63,094 nucleotides of DNA from Nemertoderma westbladi (GCA_032718475.1 JAUCBJ010007905.1:1-63094); one strand, 5' to 3'; positions 1-14,269 are shown, counted from the stretch's first letter. Notes: generated from the letters alone by a model not told the origin. A program made the numbers and translations.

Positions 1-146
1 CCCATAGCACCCGGTACTAGACTGTCCCATAGCACCCGGTACTAGACTGTCCCATAGCACCCGGTACTAGACTGTCCCATAGCACCCGGTACTAGACTGT
101 CCCGTAGCACCCGGTACTAGACTGTCCCGTAGCACCCGGTACTAGA
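1..146. repeat. 25-bp tandem repeat (CCCATAGCACCCGGTACTAGACTGT), ~6 copies, cut by window start
   Basis: Unit read directly; later copies have CCCGTAG. Confidence 0.95.
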
Positions 147-164
147 CATACTAAGGGCAGTACT

Positions 165-495
165 AACGACCGTTCGTTGGAGACAACACATGAAAAGCGC
201 CGAGCTGTATGGCACACTGAATGGTGGTGCATTATGGTACAATACATCTCTATCAACTACTATACGAGAACGCAGATTAATATTGAGTGGGCACTGCTGG
301 AGAAGTAAAGAGTTTTCTGGCAACCACCACAAGACAGGCCCTCTCACAAAGATAGGTGTTATCCTGAATGATCGGCTTTGAAATATATAGACCAATTTAA
401 AGGGGATACTGGACTTGAGAGAAACGAAATTGCGACAACTCTGGAGAATCGGAGATCTCATTTCCACTGTCCGAGCTCGCTCGACCTAGAAGTAG
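165..495 (+). mobile_element. Degenerate 3' end of an RTE-like LINE
   Basis: Translates LSTTIRERRLILSGHCWRSKE, like the RRLRFAGHC..R motif after RT in RTE-group ORFs; ends VRARST* with a short AGT tail. Confidence 0.6.
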
Positions 496-729
496 TACAT
501 GACCAATAGTGGAATAGTAATGCTATTAATGAATGACATATCTAACAACATTGTAATACTGTAAACCCTAATTTACAATAATTATTGTTCTTAAATTTAA
601 TGTAATGAGTTGATGTTACTCCAAATGAAATGAAAACATTAATGACTAACTTGGACTATTTCAGCATATATTGCCCATTTAGAATCCTTTAGAATCCTCT
701 ATAATAATCCATATAATATTTGTGTTTAG

Positions 730-1204
730 GCAATTTGTAGACCGCTGGATTTTTCTGTCACCAAACGTCGGGCAAAGATCATGATTGGTGTTTCATGGCT
801 GCTGGCGTTTATCTTTGCGATTCCGCAGTTAGTAATCTTTGTGCAAGTCGAGGAAAATGGAAAAATGAAGTGTGCGAGCAAAGGTTATTCTAACGATGGG
901 CAACGATGGCAAAGACCCTTGTACATGACGTGGTTGGCCACTTACATTCTTATAATTCCTAGTATCATAATAACTTTCTGCTATACTAGAATTATTTACG
1001 AAATGTGCAAACAGAGTAACATGGGAAAGGGATCTCCAGGAAGCAAAAAGGGAGCCAGTGGAGATTCTGTGTTGTTGAGGAGATCATCAACCAAACTCAC
1101 GCAGGCTAAAGTGAAGACAATCAAGATGACGTTGTGGATCATATTGGCTTTCATTCTGTGTTGGTCCCCTTACTTTGGGATCACTCTCTACGAGGTATAC
1201 TCTG
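730..1204 (+). CDS. Rhodopsin-class neuropeptide GPCR (vasopressin/oxytocin-NPS/CCAP-GnRH superfamily), exon for ICL2 to TM6; 5' exons lie outside the window
   Basis: TTTAG acceptor at 728-729, then AICRPL (follows DRY), TM4 SWLLAFIFAIPQL, TM5 IPSIIITFCYTRII, AKVKTIKMT, TM6 FILCWSPYF; donor G|GTAAGT at 1205. Confidence 0.92.
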
Positions 1205-1621
1205 GTAAGTTGATTTTGCCTATACAATGTTAAATATGCCAATACATTATTAGCTTATCATCAGTTAAATTCCATTTGAACCAGAGCATATCAAGATCAG
1301 AGTAAGTGGGGCGAGTTGGATAAAAGATGGTGGAAGAGTTAATGGTTGCAAATTCGTAATTACGAAATTGAGCTTTGTTTATTGTTTTGGTTAGAAAACA
1401 CTGTGTATAACTGTAACCTGATTTAAACCTTTTCTTAACTTAAGTTCACTATACCCACTAAATACGGCCATGGTGATGGTATTTGGGACCATTTTTGTGC
1501 CACTAACTTCTTAAATCACATAATAATATTATGGTTGGACTTTTGAAATTTCTATCATGTGTTGTGGATGAAGGAGTTAATATTGAAGAGCAGGGATATT
1601 TAAAAAAGTAAAGTTAAATTT

Positions 1622-1880
1622 TCTTCGGCCGCTAAGGCCAGGGATTACGCACAAAGTCTGACGACTTATTTCCAGTGCGGTCCCCCCAGAACTTTACTCC
1701 CCAGAGGAAACTCCAGTACTCATTTAGCTACCACTTAAGGATGCAAGGCAGAGATGCGCCCTGGCTGGTCCCTTTAAAGCATTCGTGCCGAAACGAAAAC
1801 TGCCCTGGCCCATGTGAGGATCGAACCCACGACCTACGGGAGATGTGAATTCAATGCAACCACTACACCAAGGTGGAACC
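1622..1880 (-). mobile_element. tRNA-derived SINE
   Basis: Minus strand starts with Pol III A box TGGTGTAGTGG and B box GGTTCGATCC, followed by a non-tRNA body; left boundary approximate. Confidence 0.7.
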
Positions 1881-2776
1881 TATTTACGATGTTTCGGCGA
1901 CGACAGGAGGCCTACACTTGTACGATAATTATATTCCTAGTTTGGATCGCGTCATGCCTTCTTTGCTCTGCAGTAATTACGCGAGATAACAGCCACATTT
2001 CAAGAATATATATGGAAAACATCTTATAGATAACACAAATAATTAACAAGTAATAATTGATAGTTTACAAACATCATTACTATCACAAATCTATCAAACG
2101 TATCAATTACTGGCCCAATTGATCACGCCGAAGGAATGATTCGTGACATATTTTGACTGCAAACTACTTCAAGATTGCAACAAACCTCGTTGGTGTGCTT
2201 ATTCCCCCATGCGCTCAAGTATAACTGAACTGTACCGGTACGGTAACTAACAGTAGGTTAAAAGTAATTGTTTTCAACGTGTCACGCACTTCAATCTCAC
2301 GATCCATTGACTACCACGTACAGGGTTGTATCTGATCCCTCTCTGCTTTTTGTCATAATTAAACTTTTTAGTCATTCAGTGGGCGTAAATTCGGATTATG
2401 GAGAATTCGGTGAGGTAATCGAAATTTACTTACAGTAGGTATCTGAATAATCGTTATTGTAATTAGGAATTTCAATTTTCTAAGTAACCGTTTTTCAATC
2501 ACGATTTAACACATTGGGTGTGTAAAGTGGATCAGAATGACTGATGGGGAAAATGGAAAGTGTTTATTTATATGATATTCACTACGTCATGATGGATAAA
2601 GTTGATATTTGCAGAATTGATCTGAGTTTTGCATTTATGAACTGAGAAATATCAATCATAATATCCGATATCCATTGATTTGCATGATTTCATTGATTTG
2701 TGTACGAATTTTATCTAGGATGAGAGTTTTCTTTATATGTTTTATAGTGGTGCTCAATTTAAATGATTATTTTCAG

Positions 2777-2909
2777 GTGATAATAACATTCCTATGGTTT
2801 GGTACGTAATTTCTGAAACTCTAGCCATGGGAAACTCTGCAATAAATCCTATTCTATACGGCTGCTTCAACCTAAATCTACAACGACACATATCAGAATG
2901 GTTTAGAAA
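2777..2909 (+). CDS. Neuropeptide GPCR exon, TM7 and helix 8
   Basis: TTTCAG acceptor, phase matches the previous exon; GDNNIPMVWYVISETLAMGNSAINPILYGCFN contains NPxxY; donor AA|GTAAGT at 2910. Confidence 0.92.
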
Positions 2910-3496
2910 GTAAGTAGCGGTTCCGCTAGTAATGCAAATAAGGCGCAGGTTATATTGAAAAATATTTAACCGGCTAAGTTGCAGCACAATGTTTGATTTT
3001 ATGGTTGTACCAAGTCAATTTCAAATGAGAGATATCGAAAGGTATAATAATATATGCATTATCATTGTCTAACTACACTCAACATCATTGAATTTCATCA
3101 GTTTCAGGACTTAGAGCTGTTTTAAGAGTCACTGCCGGTGTAGTTTGCTACAGTATACAAATTTAATCACCAGTCATTTCAAGTAAATTGTGATGAACTG
3201 CTGATGTTTCAATTTTTTTAGACCATCAAGGGTATGACAGATCCAACACTAAAAATATAATAAGAAAAACTATCAGTAAACATAGTTACGTAGAAAGTTG
3301 ACTCGTGTGTTGTTAATGGTTGCGTACTACTACTACTAGTACTAACTGTAGTAGGTATTATATATTTTGTATTTTATTTTGCCATTACTTGTAATTTTAA
3401 TATTGACGAGCTAATATATAATTTTGTGTGATTGGATACTCTGCAATTGATAAATTAATTAATTTTATAATAATATTGTTTATTATTTGTTTTAAG

Positions 3497-3767
3497 ATCT
3501 GTATATCATAATGGAACAGCGCACAACATGTGGAACTCGATATCGCGATCAGTTCGAACAACCGACGACTTCCTATCCGTATCCAACGCCGGAACAAACA
3601 GGTCTTGCAGTCCGGCCCCTCCAGAACGCAAGTCAATGAAATCCAAAACGTGCAACCTTGAGATGGGAGTTGTTACAACTCCAAAGGAGTGCAGGTTTAG
3701 AGAAATACTCCCCGGAGAAAGTCCTGAAGAGAGAGCTCCGGAAACAGTCAACGAAAGTTTTATGTAA
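3497..3767 (+). CDS. Neuropeptide GPCR terminal exon, Ser/Thr-rich C-tail
   Basis: TTTAAG acceptor; phase 2 joins in frame to ORF 3528-3767 (KSVYHNGTAHNMWNSISRS...ESFM*). Confidence 0.8.
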
Positions 3768-4279
3768 ACAAATATTTACAACTTTGAATTTGTCGTTGCT
3801 GTTAATTATATTATTTAATAATTAAAAGCTGTAGCCTAGCTGTAGCCTTTATAATATATTATTTGTTTATATGTCAGATATAAGATTATTAATGTTGTCA
3901 GTCGCCAACTAAAAATATTTTACGACTTTGCCAATTTCCCCCCCCCCCCCCCCCCAAAAAAAAAATCAATAATATTTCAAAAATTGTATAACTTGTGGAC
4001 ATAGTGCGGTGTCGCGTAGGGGTCACCAAGAATATGGAGTTACTCAAAACATTTAAATATATCTTAGTGCAATTTCTATCACTTTATTTCATATTTAGCA
4101 GTTTATTTTATTGTTAGTTAGGCCTTCTGTTATTCGTAATAATTGAACAGTGGCGTATTTAAGTTTCGGTCAAGTAGTAGGATATATAAACAACGAGGGT
4201 GCAATGAATACACTTTAAAAATTACGTTGAAAAACGCTAAGGAATTGTACACACACATGAAAGTAGATAATGAATGGGA

Positions 4280-4488
4280 GAAACTGTTCAGGCTCGTTAA
4301 ACCAAGGAATGTCAGTTCACTACCATGGGTGATCTTCCACAGTAAACCCTTCCACTCTGTTTCACAAGTTGCCTTGGCTAGGCTGCAGCATTTAAAGCAC
4401 TGTGCCCAAACATTGATGCCCCATCTAGGGATCGAACCAAGGCTTCCTAATTGGAAGCCCAGGAATGTCACCACTAGACTAAGCTGCT
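4280..4488 (-). mobile_element. tRNA-derived SINE (tRNA-Gly-like head)
   Basis: Minus strand TAGTCTAGTGG (A box)...GGCTTCCAATT...GGTTCGATCC (B box), then a non-tRNA body; left boundary approximate. Confidence 0.65.
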
Positions 4489-6151
4489 GTTTGGTCTAGT
4501 GGAAGTAGATAATATGAAGGAGAAGGTGTAATGAAGCCATTAGAATTGGAGAGGAAAATTGTGGATGTTAATATAGTTCCGTACAGTAATACTGATTATA
4601 CAGTATAAGTGAATGAATATACTGTACCGGTACATAATAAGGAAGACAATGCGAGCGTAGCGAGCGGAAATTATTTAAAAAATATTGTGATTTTGCACAT
4701 TTAAATTGACTTACTAAATAAAACTAATGGCTTTACATTACCGGTCGGTATATAACAGTGGCTACACCTCTTCAGTAATAGAATTAGGCAGGAAAACGCT
4801 TTACGGGTTTAAATTTCGCACCTCTTTATGCCTGTGATTTCGCCCCCTGCGCTGGGGGGGGGGGGGGGGGGGGGGGGGTGGGGGGTGGAATTGCCCCACT
4901 CCCCTGCCCCCCCCCCCCGCCCCCCGTCCCGTGTACGCCTATGGTGAGGCCACTGGCAAAGATCTTTCCATCAGCAGATATGGTAGACAAAATATTAGTA
5001 GTTCTTCAGTATGGTGTGAGGGGACCAGTGTTCCTAGTTACGTAATGACAATAATATTTGTAACAATATAGTCTGTCACATGCAATATTGATCCATTGGC
5101 AGCTAGCAGGGGCTCAAATATTTGTTAGTTTATTGGATTTTTATCTAAAATGATCTTGGGGTAACGTAACTCATAACCTAATCAAGCAGATAGTTTCCAG
5201 AAATTAGAGTTCCGTCAATTTAAACCGCATTTATTTTCGACTGCTTTCACATTCGGCTGTTTTCTACTTTGTCCCCTGTTGAAGAACTATCCTCAGAATA
5301 TAGCCAGCAAAAATCCGTTGTAACCAGGATCTTATCTGCTCAACGATTCGTTCCTATCACGATACTCTGTATTCTTCTCCCCACCCCGATATCGATCGTC
5401 CCTCCTGCCCACGATCAGGGGTCGTCGGGATCCTGCCGACGGTCGAGGAAGGTGGCTCAAGGAATATAAAGAGTTGATGCTTCTGATGGTATAATTTTCT
5501 CTGATAGTTAACACAAAGATATCTTAATTACGTTGAGGATAACGTATATCATGGACACTTATGTAATACTGTACAATCACTCACCTAGGAACACAGAGGG
5601 TCACCCACGGTGAAAGATGATTCTTCCGGTAAATTGACATGGAATTAATATTCACAATAACTAATCACTGCTTATTTAACAATAAATCCAAAAACATTAT
5701 AATTATTAGGTTTGACAGGTATCTGTTTGACATTCACTTCAGAACTTTGAACTGATTGACGGGCTTTTAGCTACTGTATAAGGTGTCCCTTCCCTTTGCT
5801 ACACAGTTTCTATACTTCCTAAAGGGGGAGCACCAACCAACGCGGACACTTCAAAAGCAAAAAGAGGGAGAGTGGGATTTTTAAATGTTAATTTTTTAAC
5901 TATAATTCAAAATGGATGCTAACAATTTGCTGCCGCTTGCCCTTGCAGTTATTAGCAGAAGAAGAAACATACAATACCGTCGTTTCTGGGTACATCACTT
6001 GTGGTCATAAAGACCAGCAATAATGGTACACTATGGTACAACACGGCAGGAAATGAGGGTATACCTAGGAAAATTTACTGTAATATTAACAACTCACCCT
6101 AGCAGTCCAGCAGCAAGACAGCACACTAAACGAAATAAATACTACAAACCA

Positions 6152-6425
6152 CGCCCATGTGAAGAATACCAGTATTTCACTTTTCGGACGATTTTTTATT
6201 GAAATTTTATATATGAATATATATATATTTTTTAAATTTATCTTTATTAAGTATTTTATAGCGCTTATTTCTGTCTTATAACCTGTTCATATACTAATTC
6301 GTTTATTGTTTTGGTTAGATTCAGCCCATCTGAAACCTGTGTTTTTTTTTGAAATCCTGGTATTCTTCACATGAACTGCAAAGTGAAATATAACGTCGGA
6401 AAGTGTGGTATTCTTCACATGGGCC
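6152..6425. mobile_element. MITE with 8-bp TSD (Merlin/hAT-like)
   Basis: TIR GCCCATGTGAAGAATACCA / TGGTATTCTTCACATGGGC; ACAAACCA at 6144-6151 and 6426-6433; related inverted copy near 60460-60685. Confidence 0.8.
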
Positions 6426-6582
6426 ACAAACCATGTACTGTAGTTTATATAATACACAACAATTTATCATTTGCTCAGTATAACTAATAGTACACGTTCG
6501 TTGGGCCTTCGCGCAGGACGAGGCTCAGTTATCAGATACAGATTAAAATTGAGCAATTCTATCCAAAAATCGGTACTTGAAA

Positions 6583-7850
6583 CCCGCTGAGGACCGTTTG
6601 GATCAAATTGACCCAAAATGAAGTTTACATGTACTGTGCAAATTCAATATAATGATTGGTTTCACAATATTTCATGAATTCTCCTACTTTTTTATACTCT
6701 ATCCAAATGTAACCGGGTCACAACTTTTACTTTAACACCTTTTTTTTTAATTTGACTTTTATTATTTAGGCAACGCCAAGGGCCGTTTGGGTCAAAATGA
6801 CCCATTATAGTTTTACTCATAATAACAGTTTTGGAAAGTCGAATTCTGTAAACACATCAATTTTCCAAGTCAGGGCGATGATTAATCAACATTGAAAAGT
6901 CAATTCGTCTGTTTGTACAGTATGTCTGTTTGTATGTCGGTGCGTGTGTGTGTGTGTAATATGGGAACCTGGTATCGTCCATGAACCATATTTCCTGTAT
7001 GAAACATCTTCTAATTAGGCCAGTCAGTGGTAATGTAGCGTTAGGTCCAAACCGGTATACTTGAGGTCCTGTAACACATAGTGAATTGTATTTATTGTAA
7101 TTGGAAAATATACAGCGCTTTAGGCGCTACCCTACTACTGTACTACCGTTTAGCCCCATAGCTTTAGGTCCTAGTGCATTAGGTCCTGTAGCATTACAGC
7201 GTTAGGTCTTGTAGCTTTAGGTCCTGGCGCATTACAGCATTACAGTAGGCCATGTTCCTGTAGCATACATCTGACAGCTAATTCTCAATTAAATTATTCC
7301 TAACTCTCGTTTATTGTTTTGGTTCCATTCAATTCGCCTCTATAACCTGCTCCTTTACTAACCTGCTTGGTTAAGAAGGCAGACTGGACTTACTGACCAA
7401 ATGGCTCGGCCCTAACGCTAACAGGCTGCCAGGACCTAATGCCACGGACCTAATGCTCAGGACCTAAAGCTACCAGGCTGCCAGAACCTAAAGCTACCGG
7501 GACTGGTATCTGGCTGTCTGGCTATATATAGCCGTAAATATATATTCTAGCTGTCTAGGCCTACGCCTACCCAGCTACCGGTGGGGGAGTTGTCAACATT
7601 TCTTTGTACAGTACATATCTGAAAAAAATGAGAAACCCTCGTTTCGTTGTGTCACTGGCTACGCTCGTTATTGAAACCAAATCGAATGTAAATAGCCTAA
7701 GTAACTTGGCCGTAAGTCGCAAATGAGTTTCCACACTGATAAAACCTCACTTTTGGTCATTTTGATTGATAATATTATCAATAATATACCGTGGGTCAAT
7801 TTGACCCAAACATTCCTGGGTGTAACCTGAATCAAACGGTCTTCGGCGGG
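6583..7850. mobile_element. piggyBac-like non-autonomous element
   Basis: CCCGCTGAGGACCGTTTG / CAAACGGTCTTCGGCGGG termini, internal GGGTCAAATTGACCC-type subterminal repeats; TTAA flanks degenerate. Confidence 0.6.
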
Positions 7851-8856
7851 TAAATAAATTTAAATAAATAAATAAGAAATTTAACCAAACTGCCAATAAG
7901 AATAAATCTAAGAAGAGAGGAAAGTTCCCTCCCTCGCTTCAACCGCCCTCTTAATCTGCACCACCCCAACGCAAAGGAACACAGAGGATTAATGAAAGGC
8001 AGAGGTATTAACAGGAAATTTGTGTTTTAAAAGTAATATATTTTTTGGTGTGGAGGCAACGCAATTTGTAACAATTATTAAAACTTACCTTATGCCGATA
8101 GTATTGATAGTGAAATATTAATTTATAAGGTCAACAAATACTCCAGGCAATTATTTTGCGAGATAAATAATAAGCAAGCTGGCTTATTATTCACTTTACA
8201 CTAGTAGTGCCTGCCTTGCCTATGTCCTATAGATGGAATTACCCGTTGCCAAGTAGTGATGAAATGATTGGACTGGTTCCAACTAATAGGCAATAGCTAG
8301 TATGCCAAGGAATGAGGGAGGTATAGAGTGACGAGGTCAGTTGATGAATTAATTACGTCAATCAATTACATCAATTAAAAACACATTTTTTAAATCAAAT
8401 CACTTGAACTAATTAAAAACTATAATGGAATGGGGTATGGGGATTACAGCTGTATAACTTTTAAGTATAATTATTTACATCTTATACTCTAACATAATTA
8501 ATTTCCATTAAAAGACAGACTTGAAAATGCTGTTTTTACCCTAACCAGCGTAATTAATTAAAATTTAATTAATTAACTGCTATTATCTTAGCTTCTCGAA
8601 GGCCACACGCAAATTCAACTTGGAAAATTTCTAAACGTTTGCCAAACAACATGTGTACCAAGTTTGGATAGATTTCATTAAAGATTTGGCTGAGTTATTT
8701 ACGTTTAAAATTGTACACAACAGAACAGAACGACAGAACAATAGACACATCGATTGAGTTAGTGGTACCTGTAAGCTCGCTTACTTTCGTCGCTCGCCCC
8801 ACAGTTATATTAATACTGTTCATACAGTCAGTATTACTATTCGATATTATGATACA

Positions 8857-9001
8857 CTAATTTACCGACATACTGACTAATAGGGGCTTGGTATATACGG
8901 TACATATAATCTAAGAATAATATAAGACTCTAGGCTCTTAGAATTCGATTATATATTATATATACCAAGCCCCCATTAGTCAGTATGTCGGTAAATTAGT
9001 T
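8857..9001. repeat. Short foldback (~40-bp arms), MITE-like
   Basis: AATTTACCGACATACTGACTAATAGGGGCTTGGTATATA and its near-perfect reverse complement; spacer TATAAGACTCTAGGCTCTTA recurs at 9631. Confidence 0.8.
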
Positions 9002-11348
9002 TATCATATTATTATGGAATGTAGAGCAGAATTCCGACGTTCACTGCAAATTGTAAAATCTAATATATTTTTATACTGTGTGTGTTCGCCCCAGCAACCT
9101 ACCAGTATTTTCCCATTGGTATCACTGATTTATTTACTGTATAGGGTTCCAATGTTCCGTTGGTCTGATGTCTGTTTGGTATAGGTGGTAACAGAGTTCA
9201 TTGTGCGATTTTTTTAGGTCATTGGTGCAATATAGGTAGGCCTTGGGTAATCCTTTTTCCAGCTGATGAGGTGTCGAGATTACCGCGTACTGGGTCTCAG
9301 ACACCGAAACGCAACCATATATTTGCTAAAATTAATTATTTTTGCCCTAGTCCTACCGGCCCTTTACGGCGACAAAATGTCATATATTTTTCCATAGAAT
9401 ATAGGCTTAGTTTTTGTGCAGTTTACTACCGGTATCATTTAGTATATGGCGGTTAGGTTAGGGTTAGGGTGCGATACATACCTGTATGTTGAGCATGTTT
9501 TCATATATATGTTTTTTGTTTATGTAATTTTTGTTTGTATTGTTTGTGTTGTTTTTTTGATGACCTTAGGGCTGAGTTTACTACTTTGGGCGTAATGTCC
9601 TGATTCTATGTTTTTTGTTAGTTTGGGGGGTATAAGACTCTAGGCTCTTACAATTAGATTATACTATTCGATATTGGCTTTGACGCGTGACGCGTCGCGT
9701 CCGCGTGGGTTGGGGCTAACCCTCATAACTTCAATGCTTTCTATAATCCAGCCATCTCATGTCCTCGATTGCTGCTCATCCTACTATTCAACCTGCCATA
9801 GGATGTTACTTTGATTGTTTGCTTAGACTCTCCTCAATTCTCTCATGTACACTTCGTACAGTATACACTCTACCACACTTATATTGGTCCTTTGGTTATC
9901 GCCTTTTATCTGGCTAATTACGTATATGATATATTAATAACATCTGTTATGTCGTGACTTATTACGTTTCTATAATTGTACTTTTCAAGCTAATTACATT
10001 CTTTGATTGTCAGTGGCAACTGCCAGAGTAAATTCGTAATATCTCATTAAATTATTATGACATATATGGTCAAGCAATCAGTAATGTTATTAGAGTTATT
10101 AGGATTGTACTTAAAAAGATCATTATTCGGTACCTTTATAATCGTAGGAGCAAACATTCGTGGGGTTTCAGACACTCACTACCGAAGTTACATTAACTAT
10201 GTTATATTTTAATCGAATTCAAAGCTATTTGTTCGAGGTACATACACCATGACCCGTAATATAGTGTCAAAAATATTACGGGTCACTTTGGACTTAGGGC
10301 TACATAGATACACGCACACCACTCTGGTTACAGATATATAAAGGAACTCTGATCTCTAAACACGTAAAGTAAAGTAAGGAATTAGGCTATAATTATACTA
10401 AGGATAAACAACCCATATAATCAAACTAATTAATTTTGTGATTCAATCAGATACGAATTCTTGTTTCTAGTTATTAACTACACGTTTTACAACTTTTCTT
10501 CTAAAATCGTCACTATCACATTTTACCATGCGATAGCGTGCCGTGCTGTACATGGGCAAAAAAGCTTGTCAAGCTAATAATTGTTATTCAGTCTATGCGT
10601 AGGCAGATTGGAGGGGGGGGGGGGGGGGGGGGGGGGGTGGTTCTTGACGCACTCAAACTGCTCATTTCGTTTATTGTTTTGGTTTGAATAAGGTAACATT
10701 GTGATCGGCTCCTTCAAGTTTTCCTACCTGTCTCGCCTGTGCTATATATACCATTCTATACCACGATCATCTGTAGCATCATGAGCTATGTTGAATGTTG
10801 ATTTTCTTAACAGCAACGTTAAACATGCTGATTTATTCAATCATATGATACTGTGTATATTATGTTTGTGTTATATTCATGATATATTATATACAGCTAG
10901 ATGCTGTAATCTCAATGAGCCAACGCAGTCAAGCCGGACTGATTTCAGCTTGATTCACTGTAGAAGTGAGTCAAGTATATGCATCATCGTACGTTGTTTA
11001 CAATTCATAATTCATGCAATAATTATGTATTGTATATAAAAAAAGTATTATTGGAAGTTTTATTGAGAATGCGCGCTTTATCTATTTGCTGCAATGCGCA
11101 AGATTTTTTCAATAACATTGACAAACAAACCACCTGTTTGACTGTGGAATTTTCTCACAAACACAATTAAGCTAAATATAATTAATACCAATGCAATAAT
11201 AACAAAATTGTATCCATTTAGGCTAATGAAATACTGTAGGCTGTACTGGAGTTTTAATATAAGTAATTATTGAATAGATTGGCCTTTTTACTTACTATTA
11301 TTCACTTTCGAATATTTATTATATATGAACCTTTGATACATTTATAAA

Positions 11349-11370
11349 ATGTTGCGTTTTCAAATATTTG
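11349..11370 (+). CDS. Thyropin-like gene A (secreted, two thyroglobulin type-1 domains, 169 aa), exon 1
   Basis: ATGTTGCGTTTTCAAATATTTG|GTAAGT, identical to paralog exon 39673-39694; with exon 2 gives signal peptide MLRFQIFAICLACVCA. Confidence 0.8.
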
Positions 11371-11557
11371 GTAAGTTTAATTCATTAATATCTTAATGGA
11401 CACATTTTGATAATACAGTATATATAATACATTACTGTAGTCCCAACTGAAAAATATGAAAGTGTATTGAAATATAAATTATATTATTAAATATATTTTC
11501 TGTAGTAAAAGTAATGTAAATTGGTAAACCATCTGACACACGTGTTGTTGGTGTTAA

Positions 11558-12665
11558 CCCTATTTAGCCCGGGGAGGGGGGGGGGGGGGGGGGGGGGGCA
11601 TTTTTGAAATTTTTTTCTAATTCATTCTTTGAGTAAGATTTGTTGGAAAATCGAGATTTCGTGACTTTTCCTTAAATTTATCGGCTATTTAACGCGATTT
11701 ACATGGCTATGTTAGTTTCGTGCTGTGGTTCCTTTCTGCCACCCATCTCCAGAATTTTTCGTGCTAAAATTTTCAGACGTTTTTATTTTTTTTATTTTAT
11801 TTTCTATAATTAATTTGTTTATTTACTTTATATATAGCGGTTTTTTGGATGCTGATCACGATTATAGAACTCAAAAATATAAGATTCGAGAAAATGTTGG
11901 TAATTTTATATGTGCCCCCTGTGGGATATGATATATCGTACATTGTTGATTAGGGCAGTTTTGGATATGTGTCAATGCGCTGCACGTATAATAGAAGTAG
12001 CACAATTTTGATAATCAAAATCATTACCAAATCAATCTGGTTTTAAAACATTATGGGTTTTCTGGGAACCTGATCACCTATAGGACACTCAAAAGTATCG
12101 TATTATCCAATCAAATTAGATTTTTGCCGTTTGAAATTGTATGCTACTTGTATTTTTCGTCCCATCAGACAAGCACAAAAAACGATAGTTGCGTTACCAC
12201 GAATGTTTTTAGCGAGTTGTATCGTGATCAGCGACCTTAAAAACCAGTATAGCTTCAGAATTACCAAACCAAAGGCAAAATGGAACAGTTTGTAATTTTT
12301 TGCTAACTTGCACTTTTCGGGTTTGCTTTACCAGAAGTATTTATAATTTCATCGTTTCATCGTGATCAGCGACCTCGAAAACCTGTATAACTCCATAATT
12401 ATCAAACCAAACACAAAATATTTTAGCTTGACATTTTTTTACTTGTACTTTTTGTCCTGGGGGACGAAAATAGCACCAAAGATGATGGTTGCATTGCCAG
12501 AAAATATTTTAAACAACTTATATCATGATCAGCGACCTCGGAAACCCCCATACCAACAAAATTTTAATTTTTGAGCCAAGATCGAAAAAATTTCTAAATG
12601 ACACCCCCCCCCCCCTCCCCCCATCCGGGCCAATTACGTTGTAAAATAGCCCGGGTCAGATAGGG
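11558..12665. mobile_element. piggyBac-like non-autonomous element in intron 1 of gene A
   Basis: TTAA at 11554-11557 and 12666-12669; CCCTATTTAGCCCGGG / CCCGGGTCAGATAGGG termini; internal GATCAGCGACCT..AAAACC repeats. Confidence 0.8.
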
Positions 12666-13139
12666 TTAAAATAGATTATAACATTTTTTCTGTGGTACAA
12701 TATATTCTGTAGTTCTTATAAAATAATTTTCAAATAATTTCATTTTTAAATAATTTTCCTTTATGAATGCGATTGCAGGAAGAAGGGCTACTATATTCGT
12801 AGAGTTTAGAAATATACTGTATTGAAGAATCTTTAATCCGTATTTCCTCGAATTAGTAAAATTTCACTATAACTCGTAAATGCGGAAAGTCAACCTACGT
12901 GCTGTGAGAAGATATATTTATGAATTGAGTGGATCTACATATTTTAGATGTGGACAGTTTGAGTTAATTACCAATTATGTTGATCCTGATTGCTATTTAA
13001 GGCCAACAACAAAATGTTTCCCCACTATAAATCAACATCAGGATCCGAGATCCATGGAGCCGTATTTCTCTCGCAATTGTGTAATAATTGCATCAACCCA
13101 ATTTGTGTAACATTTGTTCATGTACTTTCATCCTTTTAG

Positions 13140-13317
13140 CAATTTGTCTGGCGTGCGTTTGCGCTCAACTGTCGAACGAAGAATATGAAACATGTCAGGA
13201 GCATCATGATGCTATTATGGCAATTATAAATGGACCAATCGAAGTTGCAGATCTCTCACCTCCAGCCTGTGAAGATAATGGTGTGGAATACCAGCCTTGG
13301 CAGTGTCATATGATGGG
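13140..13317 (+). CDS. Thyropin-like gene A, exon 2
   Basis: AG/GT bounded, 178 nt as in paralog; ETCQEH...PPACEDNGVEYQPWQCHMMG matches the C...PxC..G.Y.P.QC thyroglobulin type-1 pattern. Confidence 0.88.
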
Positions 13318-14269
13318 GTAAGTCATCTTATGGTAAATCATTCTGTTTGATTCAGGCCTCTGTGTCTGTAGTAGGCCTAACTAATTAGCTTACTCTCTCT
13401 CTGGTATATACGATGTATGTATATTATTTTTACTTGGTCAAAACAATAACCTAAGGATATGCCGAAATTAATTTCCGAACGCACCACATGAACGGTACAG
13501 AGATTTTGATTATTTTGAAATAATTTCCGTAGTTAATGATGTTAAAGATAGCTGCTTTCAGTTTCATAAATATTGGATTATAATACACAAACCCGTCAAA
13601 TAAACATAATTATTTACCAAACACACACCCATATAAAGGGACATTAGGAAAACATCCGTATTATATAGTTATTATTATTACCAACATTCGCTGAAGTCCC
13701 AGTATTCTGACTGCAACGGCATTATAAATAGAACACTCGCCACATACTGGTCAGAGAAGGACTATTTATTATGATATAGTGCCGCATCCGCCATGGATCT
13801 CACGAGGTCCCGATAGCTACACGCTGGGTGACTCTCTCTCATCCGTCTTCATGCCTCTCATCAGGGTGAGTAAAAGACGATATGCCGTTTTCATCAGTAT
13901 GTATACTGGAACTGGACGGGCTTTACGAATTATGTATGCACCACAGTTCCCGCTGCCCGCACCATCCTCACCAAGAAACCATTCCTCACTGAGCTACAAC
14001 TAACTCACCCATTTGAATTCGTATTTAATGAGTTTTCACCCTCAATGATCATTATTTCCATGTGGATGCCATCTCCATATCCACAATCGCCCCTTACGTC
14101 ACTGGTTCAAGCAGTACAGTGTCCCCAATCCGGTCGAGGAATAGTTGTCATAAAATTCCTGGTGGTGCCGTGACGTCATCCCCTACGTATCAACAAGACC
14201 CTCATCCACTTGGATTCCATTTAGCACCCATTATGACTGCAGACCACCCACGGACCACCATTTGTGGTC

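Noticed and set aside
4853-4925. Long G/C homopolymers (also 3937, 10613, 11576, 35325, 50333, 55104)
   Set aside because: Often at MITE subtermini; run lengths are unreliable and no specific function can be supported.
9451-9470. TTAGGG telomeric repeat
   Set aside because: Only about three imperfect units; not a telomere.
13680-14060. Possible 3' end of another non-LTR element on the minus strand
   Set aside because: (AAT)n tail and higher GC, but no motif I could assign with confidence.
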